DNA of 64,000 nucleotides, taken from contig OX597836.1 in assembly GCA_951406725.2 (NCBI GenBank), positions 24,986,001 to 25,050,000 of the forward strand. Reading direction: 5' to 3'. The notes below the pieces were generated by a model, which worked only from the letters and a program-made list of their open reading frames with translations, made no database searches and had not been told where the DNA came from. The translations under genes were made by a program, and so were the position numbers. Shown here piece by piece: positions 1-12,642 of the stretch; position 1 is the first letter of the stretch; the number at the start of each line of letters is the position of its first letter. Source of the stretch: Octopus vulgaris (taxonomy: Eukaryota).

Positions 1-617
1 CGTTACAACATTTAGAATTTTCTCAATAAAGCAAAGAAAAAAATGATGTTTTATAAACACATTCTACCAGTATATGAAGTTTAAAAGTGTTTAGTTAACT
101 AGAAATTGTGTTGAAAAACTGCCGTTCAAAAGGAAAAGATCCCGACTCCATAACTTAACTAGTCCTTTATTTTTATCGACTCCAGAAGAATGAAAGTCAA
201 AGTTAACCTCGGCAGTATTTAGAAGGGCTGTAACTAAACACCACGAGGTATTTTGCCCAACCGTCTAGTAATGGGTCTAGTAATGAAACAACTCTCCCTG
301 TGTCTCTCTCTCTCCGATATTCTGTTTTCGATTGAAGCATTTTATTGGCGTTACTTTTAGTAAACAGTAATGAAAGTAAAGCCAGGACTATAGTTGTCTG
401 GATGGTACTAGGGTTAGGGTTAGCTAAATAGAGGGCATAGGATTGGTTAAAATTCGAAAAATTAAACTACGTTAAACAAACAAATTACAATTTTCTCAAG
501 AAAGCCAAGAGAAAAAAAATGTTTTATTTTGACACATTCTACCAGTATACGAAGTTTAAAAGTGTTTAGTTAACTAGAAATTGTGTTGAAAAGTGCCGTT
601 CAAAAGGAAAAGATCCC
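1..617. repeat. Two direct copies (~1-140 and ~489-617) of a ~130 bp interspersed-repeat end
   Basis: Both copies read ...acacattctaccagtata(t/c)gaagtttaaaagtgtttagttaactagaaattgtgttgaaaa..gccgttcaaaaggaaaagatcc. The family is unassigned. Confidence 0.75.
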
Positions 618-2265
618 TTGTGGATTTGGAGAAAGGGTTCGTGTTACGAAAACTAGAATAGTCTTTGGTTGAGAAAAAGTCCTGTTTATTGAGTAGACTG
701 TTTTACGGGGAGTATCTTGTGGGTAGGCACATGTAAGGGTGTCTAGAGTTATGAGATTTATGAAGTCGTTTGATGAGCAAGGATGGGCAGAATTAGTTAT
801 TTATGAACTCTAGTGATTTATTTATAATGTGGTTTACGAGCTCCATAACGTGTGTGTCAACAAAGACATTTTCAATTAAGTGGTGGTGGGTTAACGGTTT
901 GTTTCTGTCAGCTGTGAATCCAAATAAACCTTTGCTAACGTGACAGTAGAGCTCAAAAGAATTAAGAAAACAAGAGATTTTTTCAACCTTCACCCTCCTA
1001 AGAACAACAAAAAAATATCCTATGCCCTGTCAATGTATTATCTATATAAATTTGCATTATAAAACTAGTTTGTTGAAATTATTGCTCGTCTTGCGACGAT
1101 AAAAATCAGTTCAAAATTCGCAAATTTTGAGCGAGTTCATGAGTTTTAGTTTTACGGGGAGACCTCATTTTTGCCCCCTCGAAGGGACATTTACCCATAA
1201 AGAGACACCGCCTGTCTCCATGGACTTATTGAATTTACAGATATTTTTGCCCAACTGGGACAGTATGTATCATATACGTAACCAGGAGTGGGGCTTGTCA
1301 AGTTTGGACGCCCTCGACTCCCCAAGAGCTACAGAATTATTAATGCCATCGTAAGACGTGCTATGGGCGCAAGGACTTTATTAGATCCTTGGGCCCATGA
1401 GGGAAAGCCATATGGGAACACAGTTTAATACAGGGTTGAGATGAGGTCTGTTTCTTTAACACAGCTCTTGGGTCCACTAGCATCTAAAAATGGATAATAA
1501 GCACGTACATTCAACCACAAATTAGACGGCAGGTAGTGGATCCATTTTAATAATTGGGAACCTTTTTGATCAAAAGCTAAATACACCAGTGTGTGTAACG
1601 GACCCTCGTTTTCCAGTATGACTAGCTATTCTTTCTATAGTGTTTACTTCTTATGAACCTCCGCTATAGCTTGATTTAGTTGTTTGCTATTTTACTGGCA
1701 AATGACTTGGGTTTTTATTGTCTGACTTATAAAAAAAAATCTAATTAAACCAGCAGACACAACCATCCCAACTGACTTCCTTTTTTGCATGAGGACTATG
1801 TTGTCTATTTTGGATTTCTAAGTGAAGCACAAAGTCTCGTATTTTAGGGAAGGGTTTAGTTTTTTATCTGGGTATTGTTAGTTATTTTATAAATCCCAGA
1901 AGGGTTGAAAGGCAAAACTGACCTCGGTGGTGAGTGTTTTGAATTGGGAGTTTAAAAAAAGCTTAACTAAATATCTCGAGTCACTTTTCAGGTATGTAAT
2001 TGATAGTTTAAAACATTCCTTTTAAGGGTTTTCATGATAAAAATCAATGGCTTTCCAGTTTGCTGCGATTTAGCTATTTCGGGCTTTCGTTGTTTTCTTT
2101 ATGCATTTTCTCTTTCCTTTTAATTCCCCCTCTTTCTTCTCTTTCTATTTGCATCTTGACTCTCTCTCTCTACATCTTGTCTCTCCCTTTCTATTTACAT
2201 CTTGACTCTCTCTCTTCTCTCCATTTCTATTTACATTTTGTCTTTCTCTCTCTCCTTTTCTGTTT

Positions 2266-2630
2266 ATTTACATCGCCTCTTTCTCTCTTTTTCTCCCTTT
2301 CTCTCAATTTACATCGCCTCTCTTTCTCTCTTTCTTCCTATTTACATCGCCTCTTTCTCTCTATTTACATCGCCTCTTTCTCTCTTTTTCTCTCTATTTA
2401 CATCGCCTCTTTCTCTCTTTTTCTCTCAATTTACATCGCCTCTCTTTCTATTTACATCGCCTCTTTCTCTCTTTTTCTCTCAATTTACATCGCCTCTCTT
2501 TCTCTCTCTTTACATCGCCTCTTTCTCTCTTTACATCGCCTCTCTTTCTTTCTATTTACATCGCCTCTTTCTCTCCCTTTCTCTCAATTTACATTACCTC
2601 TTTTTCTCTCTTTCTTTCTATTTACATCTT
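2266..2630. repeat. Pyrimidine-rich minisatellite, core TTTACATCGCCTC + (CT)n, ~11 units of 20-35 bp
   Basis: Core repeats directly visible; they explain the 224-aa low-complexity ORFs at 2060 and 2202. Confidence 0.9.
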
Positions 2631-3432
2631 ATCTCTTTCCCTTCTCTTTCACAGTCTCTCTCCTCTTTGCACCTTACCCCCCTACTTTCTCATTTCTTCA
2701 TCCGTCCGCTCGCGCGCGCGTGTGTATGTCCTGAAATCACTACTAACCAGCCGACTCACCAACTACCCAACCAGTCATCCATCCAACCAATCTACATGAC
2801 AACATACAACAGTGTTCCAAGTAACGTGTGCACTGTACCCCTCCTTCCTTCCCTCCCTCACCACCATAACACCTAACCCATCGCTTTAATCAATCTACCC
2901 GCTCTTCACTGCCCCCTGCAGTTATTAATATTTTTGTTACTATGGATTCTCTATCTCACCCCTATTATATATGTAACCCATCTATACATTAATATCTACC
3001 TCTCCATGTAGACGTGTTATCTTTACTCACTATACGTAATATCTATCTAGCTATCTACCCTCCTCGCCATACGTAATATCTACTGAACTACCCACATCGT
3101 TAATATTTACCTAGCCACCCATGTAGCTAACATGTATAATATCTACCTATACTATCCACCTCGCTGTACGTTAATAGCTTCCAAGCTACCCCATATATTA
3201 GTTTTTCCCCTCTCTCTCTCTCTCTGTCTTTCCCGATATTACATGCATGTGACCGTTTCTCTAGACAAAGAATCCATCCAGGCTTAGTGATTCAACACCA
3301 ATGGAGTTCTTGGTGGGGGCGATAGCGGTGATAGTGGTTGGTGATGGCGGCGGCGGCGGTGGTGGTGGTGGTGCTGATGATTTAGCGAGAGAGAGAGAGG
3401 AAGTGGAAGGCACCACTGTCATTTTTACTTTC

Positions 3433-3441
3433 ACTACTACC

Positions 3442-3527
<86 letters not shown>

Positions 3528-3561
3528 CACTACTACCACCACCAATACTACTACTACTACT
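3433..3561. repeat. (ACT/ACC)n trinucleotide microsatellite
   Basis: Direct reading; source of the poly-T/poly-V ORFs. Confidence 0.95.
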
Positions 3562-3676
3562 TGGTACAAAATAGAAATAAGATTACTATTGTTCATGGAG
3601 CGAAAAGTCAAAAGAATGAATTCCTATTTTCGGTTTTCGGATGAAACCGTTTCGATTTTCAGTGGACAAAGGCATT

Positions 3677-3742
<66 letters not shown>

Positions 3743-4955
3743 TCACTATTTCTGTTTTATCAAAAATGAAACCTTATATGTTTAAGAAAACCGAGTTCAA
3801 ATCCGACCGCAGTTAACTTTTGTCATTTATTCTCTTGGGTACTACAAAATAAAAATAGATACCAGTGAACTACTGGGTTGTAATATTCAACCGTCCTCCG
3901 CCCCTCCAATCAAAATATCTGGCCTTGTACCCACCCCACCACATACTGCTACTAACCAATAATAGTTACTAGGGCGGGCGGGCGACGAGGCTGAAGCCTC
4001 AGGAAGCAGTTTCGATATAATCCCCGCCCTTCACATCATACATACACCACTTTGCTTTTCCTTCTTAAGCGGTTGTTTAACCCTAGGCCAGCCCTGATCG
4101 AGTACACCAATAGTTTAGAGCAGTATCCAAACACAACCCATGGTGAATTTACGTTAGATAATACAGAACCATCTTAACAAACAACGTGTGTCAGTTTGTA
4201 GGAGTACACCCCCCCACCTCCTCCCATTTCTCTCTCTGTTTATGTGTTTTTACTTTAAATTCGGATATAATCGTAATCTACACCGTCTGAAAGTTATTTG
4301 TAGAAAATTTCATTAAAAAATATCCATTTTTGTGAAAGTTATGAGGAAAAAAAGTCAGCTGGGAGCACACTTGTGTAGGTTTAGAGGCTCTCGGGCAAAG
4401 CAATGCGCTGGGGCCTTGCCAGCATTTGACCCTTGGGGGTTCCAGGTTAACTAACCAGTATACTTATACCCTGAGATAATGCTTAATGTATCCTCCTTTT
4501 TGAAGACGGTAATGTGTGGTTTAAAGGAAATTTGACTGCTATTTTTAGCAGGCCAAGCTACCGAGTGAAAGTTCTGTTGCTGATTGCAGGGTTGATGAAA
4601 TAATTATCAATCATGTGGTGGTTAGTCATGTGTTCCATCAATCATTAATCCACAATTCATGTTTTGAGTAATTAAGTCGGGGAAGTACTTAGAATTCTTT
4701 ACCCTCGCAGTTAAAACCTTACCGAGGTCTACTTACCACTTGGGTGACAACCCTCCCCGCCTCTAGAATCAACAGAAAATAATGAGATGTTGTGTTGTGC
4801 CGTTAGAACTCGGTGTGTGTTGTCTTTTTAATCTAGAGTAAATTTTGACCGGACACCTTCTTGGTAGCAAGGATGAGAAGTAAATCATCTTCCGTACATC
4901 ATCCTTTAAATCTTAAAGGTCTTGCAGATTTTTTATTTTCTCACAGATATATATA

Positions 4956-5184
4956 TATTTCTTTACTACCCACAAGGGGCTAAACATAGAGGGGACAAAC
5001 AAGGACAGACAAAGGGATTAAGTCGATTACATCGACCCCAGAACGTAACTGGTACTTATTTTATCGACCCCGAAAGGATGAAAGGCAAAGTCAACCTCGG
5101 CGGAATTTGAACCCAGAACACGTAACGGCAGACGAAATACGGCTACGCATTTTGCCCGGCGTGCTAACCATTCTGCCAGCTCGC
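4956..5184 (-). mobile_element. tRNA-derived SINE, family A, near-full-length CpG-retaining copy (tail type 1)
   Basis: Minus strand: A-box-like TGGCAGAATGG, B-box GGTTCAAATTCC, central GACTTTGCCTTTCATCCTTTCGGGGTCGATAAAATAAGTACC, tail ending AAAGAAATA. Flanked by a CAGATATATA direct repeat (probable TSD). More than 15 related copies or fragments occur in the window. Confidence 0.9.
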
Positions 5185-5270
5185 AGATATATAGTCATCA
5201 CTTGTAGCGTATGAATTAAGGAAGTTGCACTCTCTCCCTTAGAACCCATGTATGTAATGCTTGTGTGTGT

Positions 5271-5318
<48 letters not shown>

Positions 5319-5413
5319 AAATGCCTATTTTCGCTTTGCTTGTATTGTTTTCAATTTATCACAATATTCTCACACATACAAATTGTGGGCGTGTACGCAC
5401 ACATTAAATGTTA

Positions 5414-5453
<40 letters not shown>

Positions 5454-5525
5454 GGTCCCGGGTTGAGTCGGGGTTAACCACAGTAAATAAGGTACTCAAT
5501 ACATAGCAGAGTAAATTAATTTATT

Positions 5526-5608
5526 TTATAGAAGGATCTTCTACAGGACTAGAACTGTTTCTTTCATTTCATTTGAAAGAAACAGTTCTAGTCCTGTAGA
5601 AGACCCTT

Positions 5609-5614
<6 letters not shown>
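5526..5614. repeat. Near-perfect 41-bp-arm inverted repeat (fold-back) with 7-nt loop, inside a short insert in (TA)n
   Basis: 5526-5566 is the reverse complement of 5574-5614 with one mismatch. Confidence 0.95.
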
Positions 5615-5654
<40 letters not shown>

Positions 5655-5912
5655 TATATATATATAATACACGCATACTCATATATGCATGCATGTGTGT
5701 GTGTGTGTTCGCCATGCTGAGCTGTTTGTAAATCCAGTTCCTGCTTTTCTTTTCATCTTTGCATTGTTATCATCATGTGTTGCTGCGGCGTCGGTAGTAG
5801 TAGTAGTTGTCGTAGTGGTAGGTAGTAGATCTTACAGTGGAAGGGTGCTATAGCGATGGTAGTGGTGGCGGCAACGTCGAACTGCTCATGGTTATATATA
5901 TATATATATATA

Positions 5913-6321
5913 CTCTTTTACTCTTTTACTTGTTTCAGTCATTTGACTGCGGCCATGCTGGAGCACCGCCTTTAGTCGAGCAAATCGACCCCGGGACTTA
6001 TTTTTTGTAAGCCCAGTACTTATTCTATCGGTCGCTTTTGCCGAACCGCTAAGTGACGGGGACGTAAACACACCAGCATCGGTTGTCAAGCAATGCTAGG
6101 GGGACAAACACAGACACACAAACACAGACATACAAACACACATATATATACATATATACGACAGGCTTCTTTCAGTTTCCGTCTACCAAATCCACTCACA
6201 AGGCATTGGTCGGCCCGGGGCTATAACAGAAGACACTTGCCCAAGATGCCACGCAGTGGGACTGAACCCGGAACCATGAGGTTGGTTAGCAAGCTACTTA
6301 CCACACAGCCACTCCTGCGCC
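5913..6321 (-). mobile_element. tRNA-derived SINE, family B (CORE-like), full length
   Basis: Minus strand: TGGCTGTGTGG A-box, GGTTCAGTCCC B-box, CORE-like TTGGGCAAGTGTCTT, internal (TA)/(TG) tract, tail GACTGAAACAAGTAAAAGAG. Confidence 0.9.
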
Positions 6322-6352
<31 letters not shown>

Positions 6353-6765
6353 GAGAGAGAGAAGGGGGGGGTGCACGTTTCCCAAGTGATTTATGCTTGC
6401 TGTCTTTGTTGATCTCGGCGGCATTCCTCGCTTTCCTTCCTTTCTCTTCCTGCCTGATGAAGATGATGTTGTCTTCTTTTATTATTAACCCCCCCCCCAC
6501 TCCATCGCTGACACCCTAAACCTCCCCCCCTACATATTTCATTACTTTCTTTCTCTTACCCTCCCTCCCCCTCATCATTACCATCGACAGACACCTGTTT
6601 CTCAAAGAAACGAAACTGCATTTTGCTTTGCTCCTCCGCCAACGACGGACGCGATGCAATAGTTATCATTAGTAGTAGTATTAGCAGCAGCAGCAATGAT
6701 ACCACTTGGTGGTCGTCGATATCGATCTGCTAAGAATAGCAGCCAAATTTTCCTCATATGCTCTA

Positions 6766-6808
<43 letters not shown>

Positions 6809-7051
6809 ACACGGACCGCACACAGATAATATAGGCCTACAAATCGTGGAGACGGGATGGGCATGGTTGGGATGCTATTGATCATAGAGCCGTTCGATCA
6901 AGGCAAGACCTGGGGGCTAACCAGCTTCATTAATTGCAGCTGCAGTAGTAGTGGTAATAGTAGTAGTAGGAGCAACAAGAGCATCGATGGTAGAACACGA
7001 TTCCATACCGATGATTCTCTTTCTTTGTCTGATAGTGTACGAGTGTCTGTG

Positions 7052-7094
<43 letters not shown>

Positions 7095-7246
7095 TGTGTG
7101 TGTTTATTGGCTAGCTCTGGCTCTGTTGTCAACTTGTAGCTTGCGGGGAGGAAGGAGAAGGAAGCTTCTTGATTAGTTATTGTGGTTGATGCTCGAATTG
7201 AATCGCACTTAACTGCACGCCACAATGCACATAATATCGCTCTTTC

Positions 7247-7277
<31 letters not shown>

Positions 7278-7352
7278 TACATACACACATCCACTCGCAT
7301 TCAGACTGTCCCTCCCTCCCTTTGTGTCTGACTCATTCACCCTCTCCCCTTC

Positions 7353-7383
<31 letters not shown>

Positions 7384-7480
7384 GTACCATTTAGTTATTC
7401 TCCTCAGTTCTAAGTGATGACAAAACATAAGACTCTTCACAGCTCTTCTTCATACATATACACATTTATGCATGCATCTA

Positions 7481-7543
<63 letters not shown>

Positions 7544-7799
7544 ATCTATATATAAAATGTGCACACACACATGTATGTATATATATGCTTGTATATATAA
7601 TACATGTGTACTTAAGACTGAGGGAGCTTGCTTCTCTTGTCATCAGTCTTAAACTAAGTGCTTTATCTTGACTAAGAGTTGTTTTGACTGTTATTTCTAG
7701 CAGTGCTGCTGCTTATTAGCACCCTCGGTTATTTTAGTAACGTTTCTAGTTCTGCCTTTCATTTGTAAATTGCGAATAAGCCACTTTTTATTATTTATG

Positions 7800-7809
7800 A
7801 TATATACAT

Positions 7810-7875
<66 letters not shown>

Positions 7876-8239
7876 ATATGTATATGCGTATATATGTGTA
7901 TGTGTGTGCTCGTGTATGTTGGTGCATATTACACGTGTATATATGTACATTTATGTTTATGCGTGTATATATATATATTTGTGTGTGTGTGTATATAAAT
8001 GTGTGTGTGTGTGTGTATATAAATATATATGTGTGTGTGTGTGTGTGTATAAATATATATATATATATGTATGTGTGTGTATATAAATATATATATGTAT
8101 GTGTGTGTGTATATAAATATATATATGTATGTGTGTGTGTATATAAATATATATATGTATGTGTGTGTGTATATAAATATATATATGTATGTGTGTATAT
8201 AAATATATATGTATGTGTGTATATAAATATATATATGTA

Positions 8240-8272
<33 letters not shown>

Positions 8273-8350
8273 ATATGTGTGTGTGTATATATAAATATGT
8301 GTGTGTGTGTGTATATAAATATATGTGTGTGTATGTAAATATATATACAC
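7800..8350. repeat. (TA)n/(TG)n compound microsatellite with a ~30-bp higher-order unit
   Basis: Repeated gtgtgtgtgtatataaatatatatatgtat. Confidence 0.95.
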
Positions 8351-8725
8351 GTGCGTGTATGTGTTGATTTATGTATATATGGTTGATGGCAAATATAATC
8401 AATAAATATTTTTGAAATAACTAGATTTAGTTTTATCGTTGGTCAAAATATAAAAAATGCTATTTATTTTCATTTCTGAGAAATACTAACATTTGGACAA
8501 CGTTTGCAAATATACGAGAGAGAGAGAGAGAGAGAGAGGGGGGGTGTTGTTGCTCGTGTGACTAATGCATGATGGATCACATAAGAGTAATAAACTCTCG
8601 CTCCCCTCGGGCTGTAGGAGTTACTCTGGTGTTGCTAGTTCCGTGTTTAACCTGTTGTGTTGTGTTGTATTCGTCGTATCTTGGGCGCCTTGTCCAATTA
8701 ACAACGCCAGGGTTTTTTTTTTTAG

Positions 8726-8751
8726 CATTCGAAAGCATTTAAAATAACAAG
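8726..8751 (+). other. Candidate short exon, or 3' end of a longer non-coding first exon
   Basis: Poly-T + AG acceptor at 8724-8725 and donor AAG|GTATGC at 8752, within a unique CpG-containing island (8545-8800). Confidence 0.3.
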
Positions 8752-8818
8752 GTATGCGTTGCCAAACGTATTGAGTTCTATAGTCCCCCCCCCCCCCGTC
8801 TCCTGTTTGTTGATCCAA

Positions 8819-8844
8819 TACTACTACTACAACTACTACTGCTG

Positions 8845-8884
<40 letters not shown>

Positions 8885-9178
8885 CATCACCACCACTACT
8901 ACTACCACCACCACCATCACTACTACCACTACTACCACTACCACCACCACCACCACCACCACTACAACCACCACCACCACCACCACCACCACTACTACCA
9001 CCACCACCACTACCACCATCACTACTACCATCACCACCACCACCACCACCACTACCACCACCACCACCACTACTACCCACCACCACTACTACTACCACCA
9101 CCACCACTATCACCATCACTACTACCATCACTACCACCATCACCACCACCACTACTACTACTACTACTACCACCACTA
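8819..9178. repeat. (CTA/CCA/TCA)n trinucleotide array
   Basis: Direct reading; source of the poly-H/V/G/S ORFs. Confidence 0.95.
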
Positions 9179-9667
9179 TGCTGAAACTTACTGATTCCTG
9201 TTTTCCCCCTCCACACATACATTCTCTCTCTCTCTCTCTCCTTTTCTCGAACCCCTTTCTGTAAATCTCTCTGCCCCATTCTCTCTGTCTTCATCTCTGG
9301 AGCTGCACTTCCCTGTACTTGCCATCAACCCCTCCTCTGCCCCCCCCCCCGCTCCAGAAATACTTACTAACCTTTTGATATTTCAAAATGAGCATCTAAT
9401 TCCATTAATATTAATTAACACAACTTCGCTTGACTCATATACAATTTTGGCTTGGCAGGAGGGATGCTGGTGGCTAAGAAAGTTATAGGTATCTTCTCTT
9501 CTCCCTACATCCCTAGAGTGTATATATTGCATACACACACACACACACGTATCATGTTTTTAATGTTCAAGTTTTCTTGCTTTACAAGGGTCATATATTT
9601 GTGTGTGTGTATGTATGTATGTATCTATGTATGTATCTATCTATCTATCTATCTATCTATCTAGATG

Positions 9668-10010
9668 TAGGAGTGGCTGTGTTGTAAGTAGCTTGCTTAC
9701 CAACCACATGGTTCTGGGTTCAGTTCAACTGCATGGCACCTTGGGCAAGTGTCTTCTACTATAGCCTCAGAGTGACCAAAGCCTTGTATATATATATGTG
9801 TGTGTATATATTTGTGTCTGTGTTTGTCCACCCCAACATCGCTTGACAACCAATGCTGGTGTGTCAACGTCCCTGTAACTTAGCAGTTCGGTGAAAGAGA
9901 TCGATAGAATAAGTACTAGACTTACAAAAAATAAGTCCTGGGGTCGATTTGTTTGACTGGAGGCAGTGCTCCAGCATGGCTGCAGTCAAATGTCTGAAAA
10001 GAATAAAAGT
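9668..10010 (+). mobile_element. SINE family B, with internal deletion
   Basis: Head GGAGTGGCTGTGTTGTAAGTAGC...GGTTCAGTTC and B-type tail. Confidence 0.88.
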
Positions 10011-10120
10011 ATATATGAGTTTGAATCAAACTGTTTTGATCCATGCATGTTACTCCCAGTAAAAGTGTTGAGTGTCCTTCTCTCGATTGTCCACTCACTT
10101 GTCCACTAGTGTATATATAT

Positions 10121-10445
10121 TCTTTTAACTGTTTCAGTCATTTGACTGCAGCCATGCTGGAGCACTGACTTTAGTTGAGCAAATTGACCCCAGGATTTAT
10201 AAGTTACGGGGACGTAAACACACCAGCATCAGATGGCAAGCGATGATAGGGTGGGACACACAGATACACAAAACACATGCACACACATATATATACACAT
10301 ACATATATGCGACAGGCTTCTTTCAGTTTCTGCCTACCAGATCCACTCACAAGGCTTTGGTCAGCCCGAGGCTCTAGTAGAAGACAGTTGCTCAAGGTGC
10401 CATGCAGCGGGACTGAACCCGGAACTGTGTGGTTGGTAAGCAAGT
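10121..10445 (-). mobile_element. SINE family B, inverted relative to the 9668 copy
   Basis: Reverse complement of the family B body, with a ~55-bp internal deletion near 10200. Confidence 0.88.
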
Positions 10446-11748
10446 CTCTAGGAACTCCCTTTCTGCTATAACCCCAATTCATTTTCAGGGAAGTCATCTC
10501 CCTTTCTGCTATAGCCCCAATTCATTTTCGGGGATCTTGTCTTCTGAGTTTTTTAGCAACCTCTCTAGTGCTGGTGCCATACAAAAAAAGAAAAGAAAAA
10601 TGCACCCAGTTGACTGCGTCAAGTGGTTGGCATTAAGAATGTCAACCACTTTACAAAGGAACTATGCCAAAACAGGTATTGGAACTCAATGCCATCTTCT
10701 TGCTCATCAGATCATGTCGAACTGTCCAACCTGTGCCAACATGGAAGACGGATGATATCTATGCATTTGCACACATGCACATACATGCACTCACATATAG
10801 ATATAAGATCCAAGGATCAAGGTGTAGGAAGAAATTTAGCTTCAAGCAATCCATAGTAAATATAAAAAAACAACTTTCAGGGACAATAGGGGTTTATTGA
10901 GAAGGAAGGTTGTGTAATTTTTTGTACCGAAGTATGATAGCCTGAAGCAAATTCCTTTTATATTTCACAGTAGGCAATTAGGGTTGCTGGGTGTGCGAAT
11001 AAGAATACAAGAGTTAAGGAATGTAGTAGATAAGATCCAGGCTATATATGTTTCATAGGGAGTGGAACCTTGGAAATAGTAAATATCCAAGCGAGGTGTA
11101 TATCACAGGCTACTCTTTAGGTCAAGGATATCATGATTAAATGAAAGTTTACATTGTTGCAAAGAGGTACATGTTAATGCATGAAAGATTCGATCAGAAT
11201 GTGAGGTAAGGGTGATATCCTTAAGCAACAAGTTTAATTTCATTTTCTCTATTTCTGTGTCTTCCACACAGCATTCGCTAGATTAGGAACAAGTGATATA
11301 TAAATATAAGTTTCAAGGATCTTATATATAGCAATGTTTCCATGTGGTAGGCTTGATAATTGTTAAGATTTCTTCTGCATGAAACCATTGGTAGCCTTGT
11401 TAACCCACAAATAAAGAATCTTTATCCACCAATGTGGTATTGACCACTCATTCTCACTGTTTGATATTAGTATACATACACACACACACACATGTACATA
11501 AGCACTCCCCTCCACAATCTATCCAGATTACACCTCATACTTGATATCAGATTAATAACTCATTTCCTTTGATCTGTAAATGGTTGTTAAGTTACTAGAC
11601 ATTCTCTGTTTTGTTACAGATTAATATTCTTCTTCCTCCATTCAGATTATATTTATTTTTATTACAAATTTGGAATATTTAATCTTATTTATTTTGTTGT
11701 TCTTTTGTTGTTTTATTGTTTTTCCTTTGCTGACTTTTGCTAATCCAG

Positions 11749-11773
11749 AAGAGATCGTTGTGACGCTTTCATT
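11749..11773 (+). other. Candidate 25-nt microexon
   Basis: Long T-rich tract, branch-like CTGAC/CTAAT, CCAG| acceptor, exon AAGAGATCGTTGTGACGCTTTCATT, consensus |GTAAGT donor. Confidence 0.5.
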
Positions 11774-12044
11774 GTAAGTTTCACATTATTTCACTCAGTT
11801 TTTCTCCTATACTATTACTTACTCTTCCACCATTGTCATATACAGTTGTTCAACTTGCTAGAAATTGCTACCAAACCTCCCTCTAATCACACCCTAATTT
11901 TTCACAAAAGGAGTTTGAAAACCCTTGTCCTTAATGAACTTGTACTCTTAGCTGGGGTACATGTACTCTTAGGGGTACTCAAGGGAAATTGCTAGGGTGT
12001 GGTGAAGTTTGTAAAAACTACTGGAATTTTGGAGTAATGACAAC

Positions 12045-12220
12045 CAGTGCCATCTTAAAGCTGGGGCACAATGGCTAGTTGCCCTGGGACCTCACAAGTA
12101 TAGGTGCCCTATTCTACCCTATTCTACTCTATACAGTGGCTTGTAGTCAATGTTTAAATATTATAGGATCCTAGTGCATTGAGTTGCTTGAGGGCCTATA
12201 ATGCTGCTTATGTGGCCCTG
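12045..12220. mobile_element. Old hAT-type MITE
   Basis: Degenerate TIRs CAGTGCCATCTTAA / TTATGTGGCCCTG and a degenerate 8-bp TSD ATGACAAC/ATCACAGC. Confidence 0.55.
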
Positions 12221-12642
12221 ATCACAGCTGCTTTTCAATAGTGCATCCTCAGTATTTTAGTGTTTATAAAAGACATCCCCAAATATGTTGTTTGCAAGCT
12301 TTGTTTTTGGAATTACAATTAATTACAAATTATACCTGTCTTGTGTCTCTTCTGCAGCAGTCAACCATTTTGCACAATATTCTCCATAAAGGGGCATGAC
12401 AGCATTACTGGAAGGCATTGCAGGAAGAAAAATCTTTAGGAAACCTTAGTTTAGGACAGGGCTGGCCAAGCTGAGGTTTGATATTTTCTTGAAATGGGTT
12501 TATTTGAACAAATGTTTTTAAAATTTTATCAAAAATTAAAGATTGTAATGAAAAGTAAGAAAAGAAAGATACTGTTTTTGCAACGATAATATTTCATGTT
12601 GAATCAACATGGGCAAAACAAATGCTGTACAATTCTAATACA

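Noticed and set aside
409-423. TTAGGG-like repeats (also CCCTAA at ~36096-36110)
   Set aside because: Only about two units, embedded in dispersed repeats; not telomeric arrays.
6449-6478. CTGCCTGATGAAGA, resembling a hammerhead core or miR-745
   Set aside because: No downstream GAAA or stem I, the seed differs from miR-745, and there is no precursor hairpin.
7697-9294. Long ORFs rich in YI/HT/V/H/G-S (also 2060-2876, 45080-45703, 49424-49902, 54206-54874)
   Set aside because: They are translations of micro- and minisatellites that are open in several frames and on both strands.
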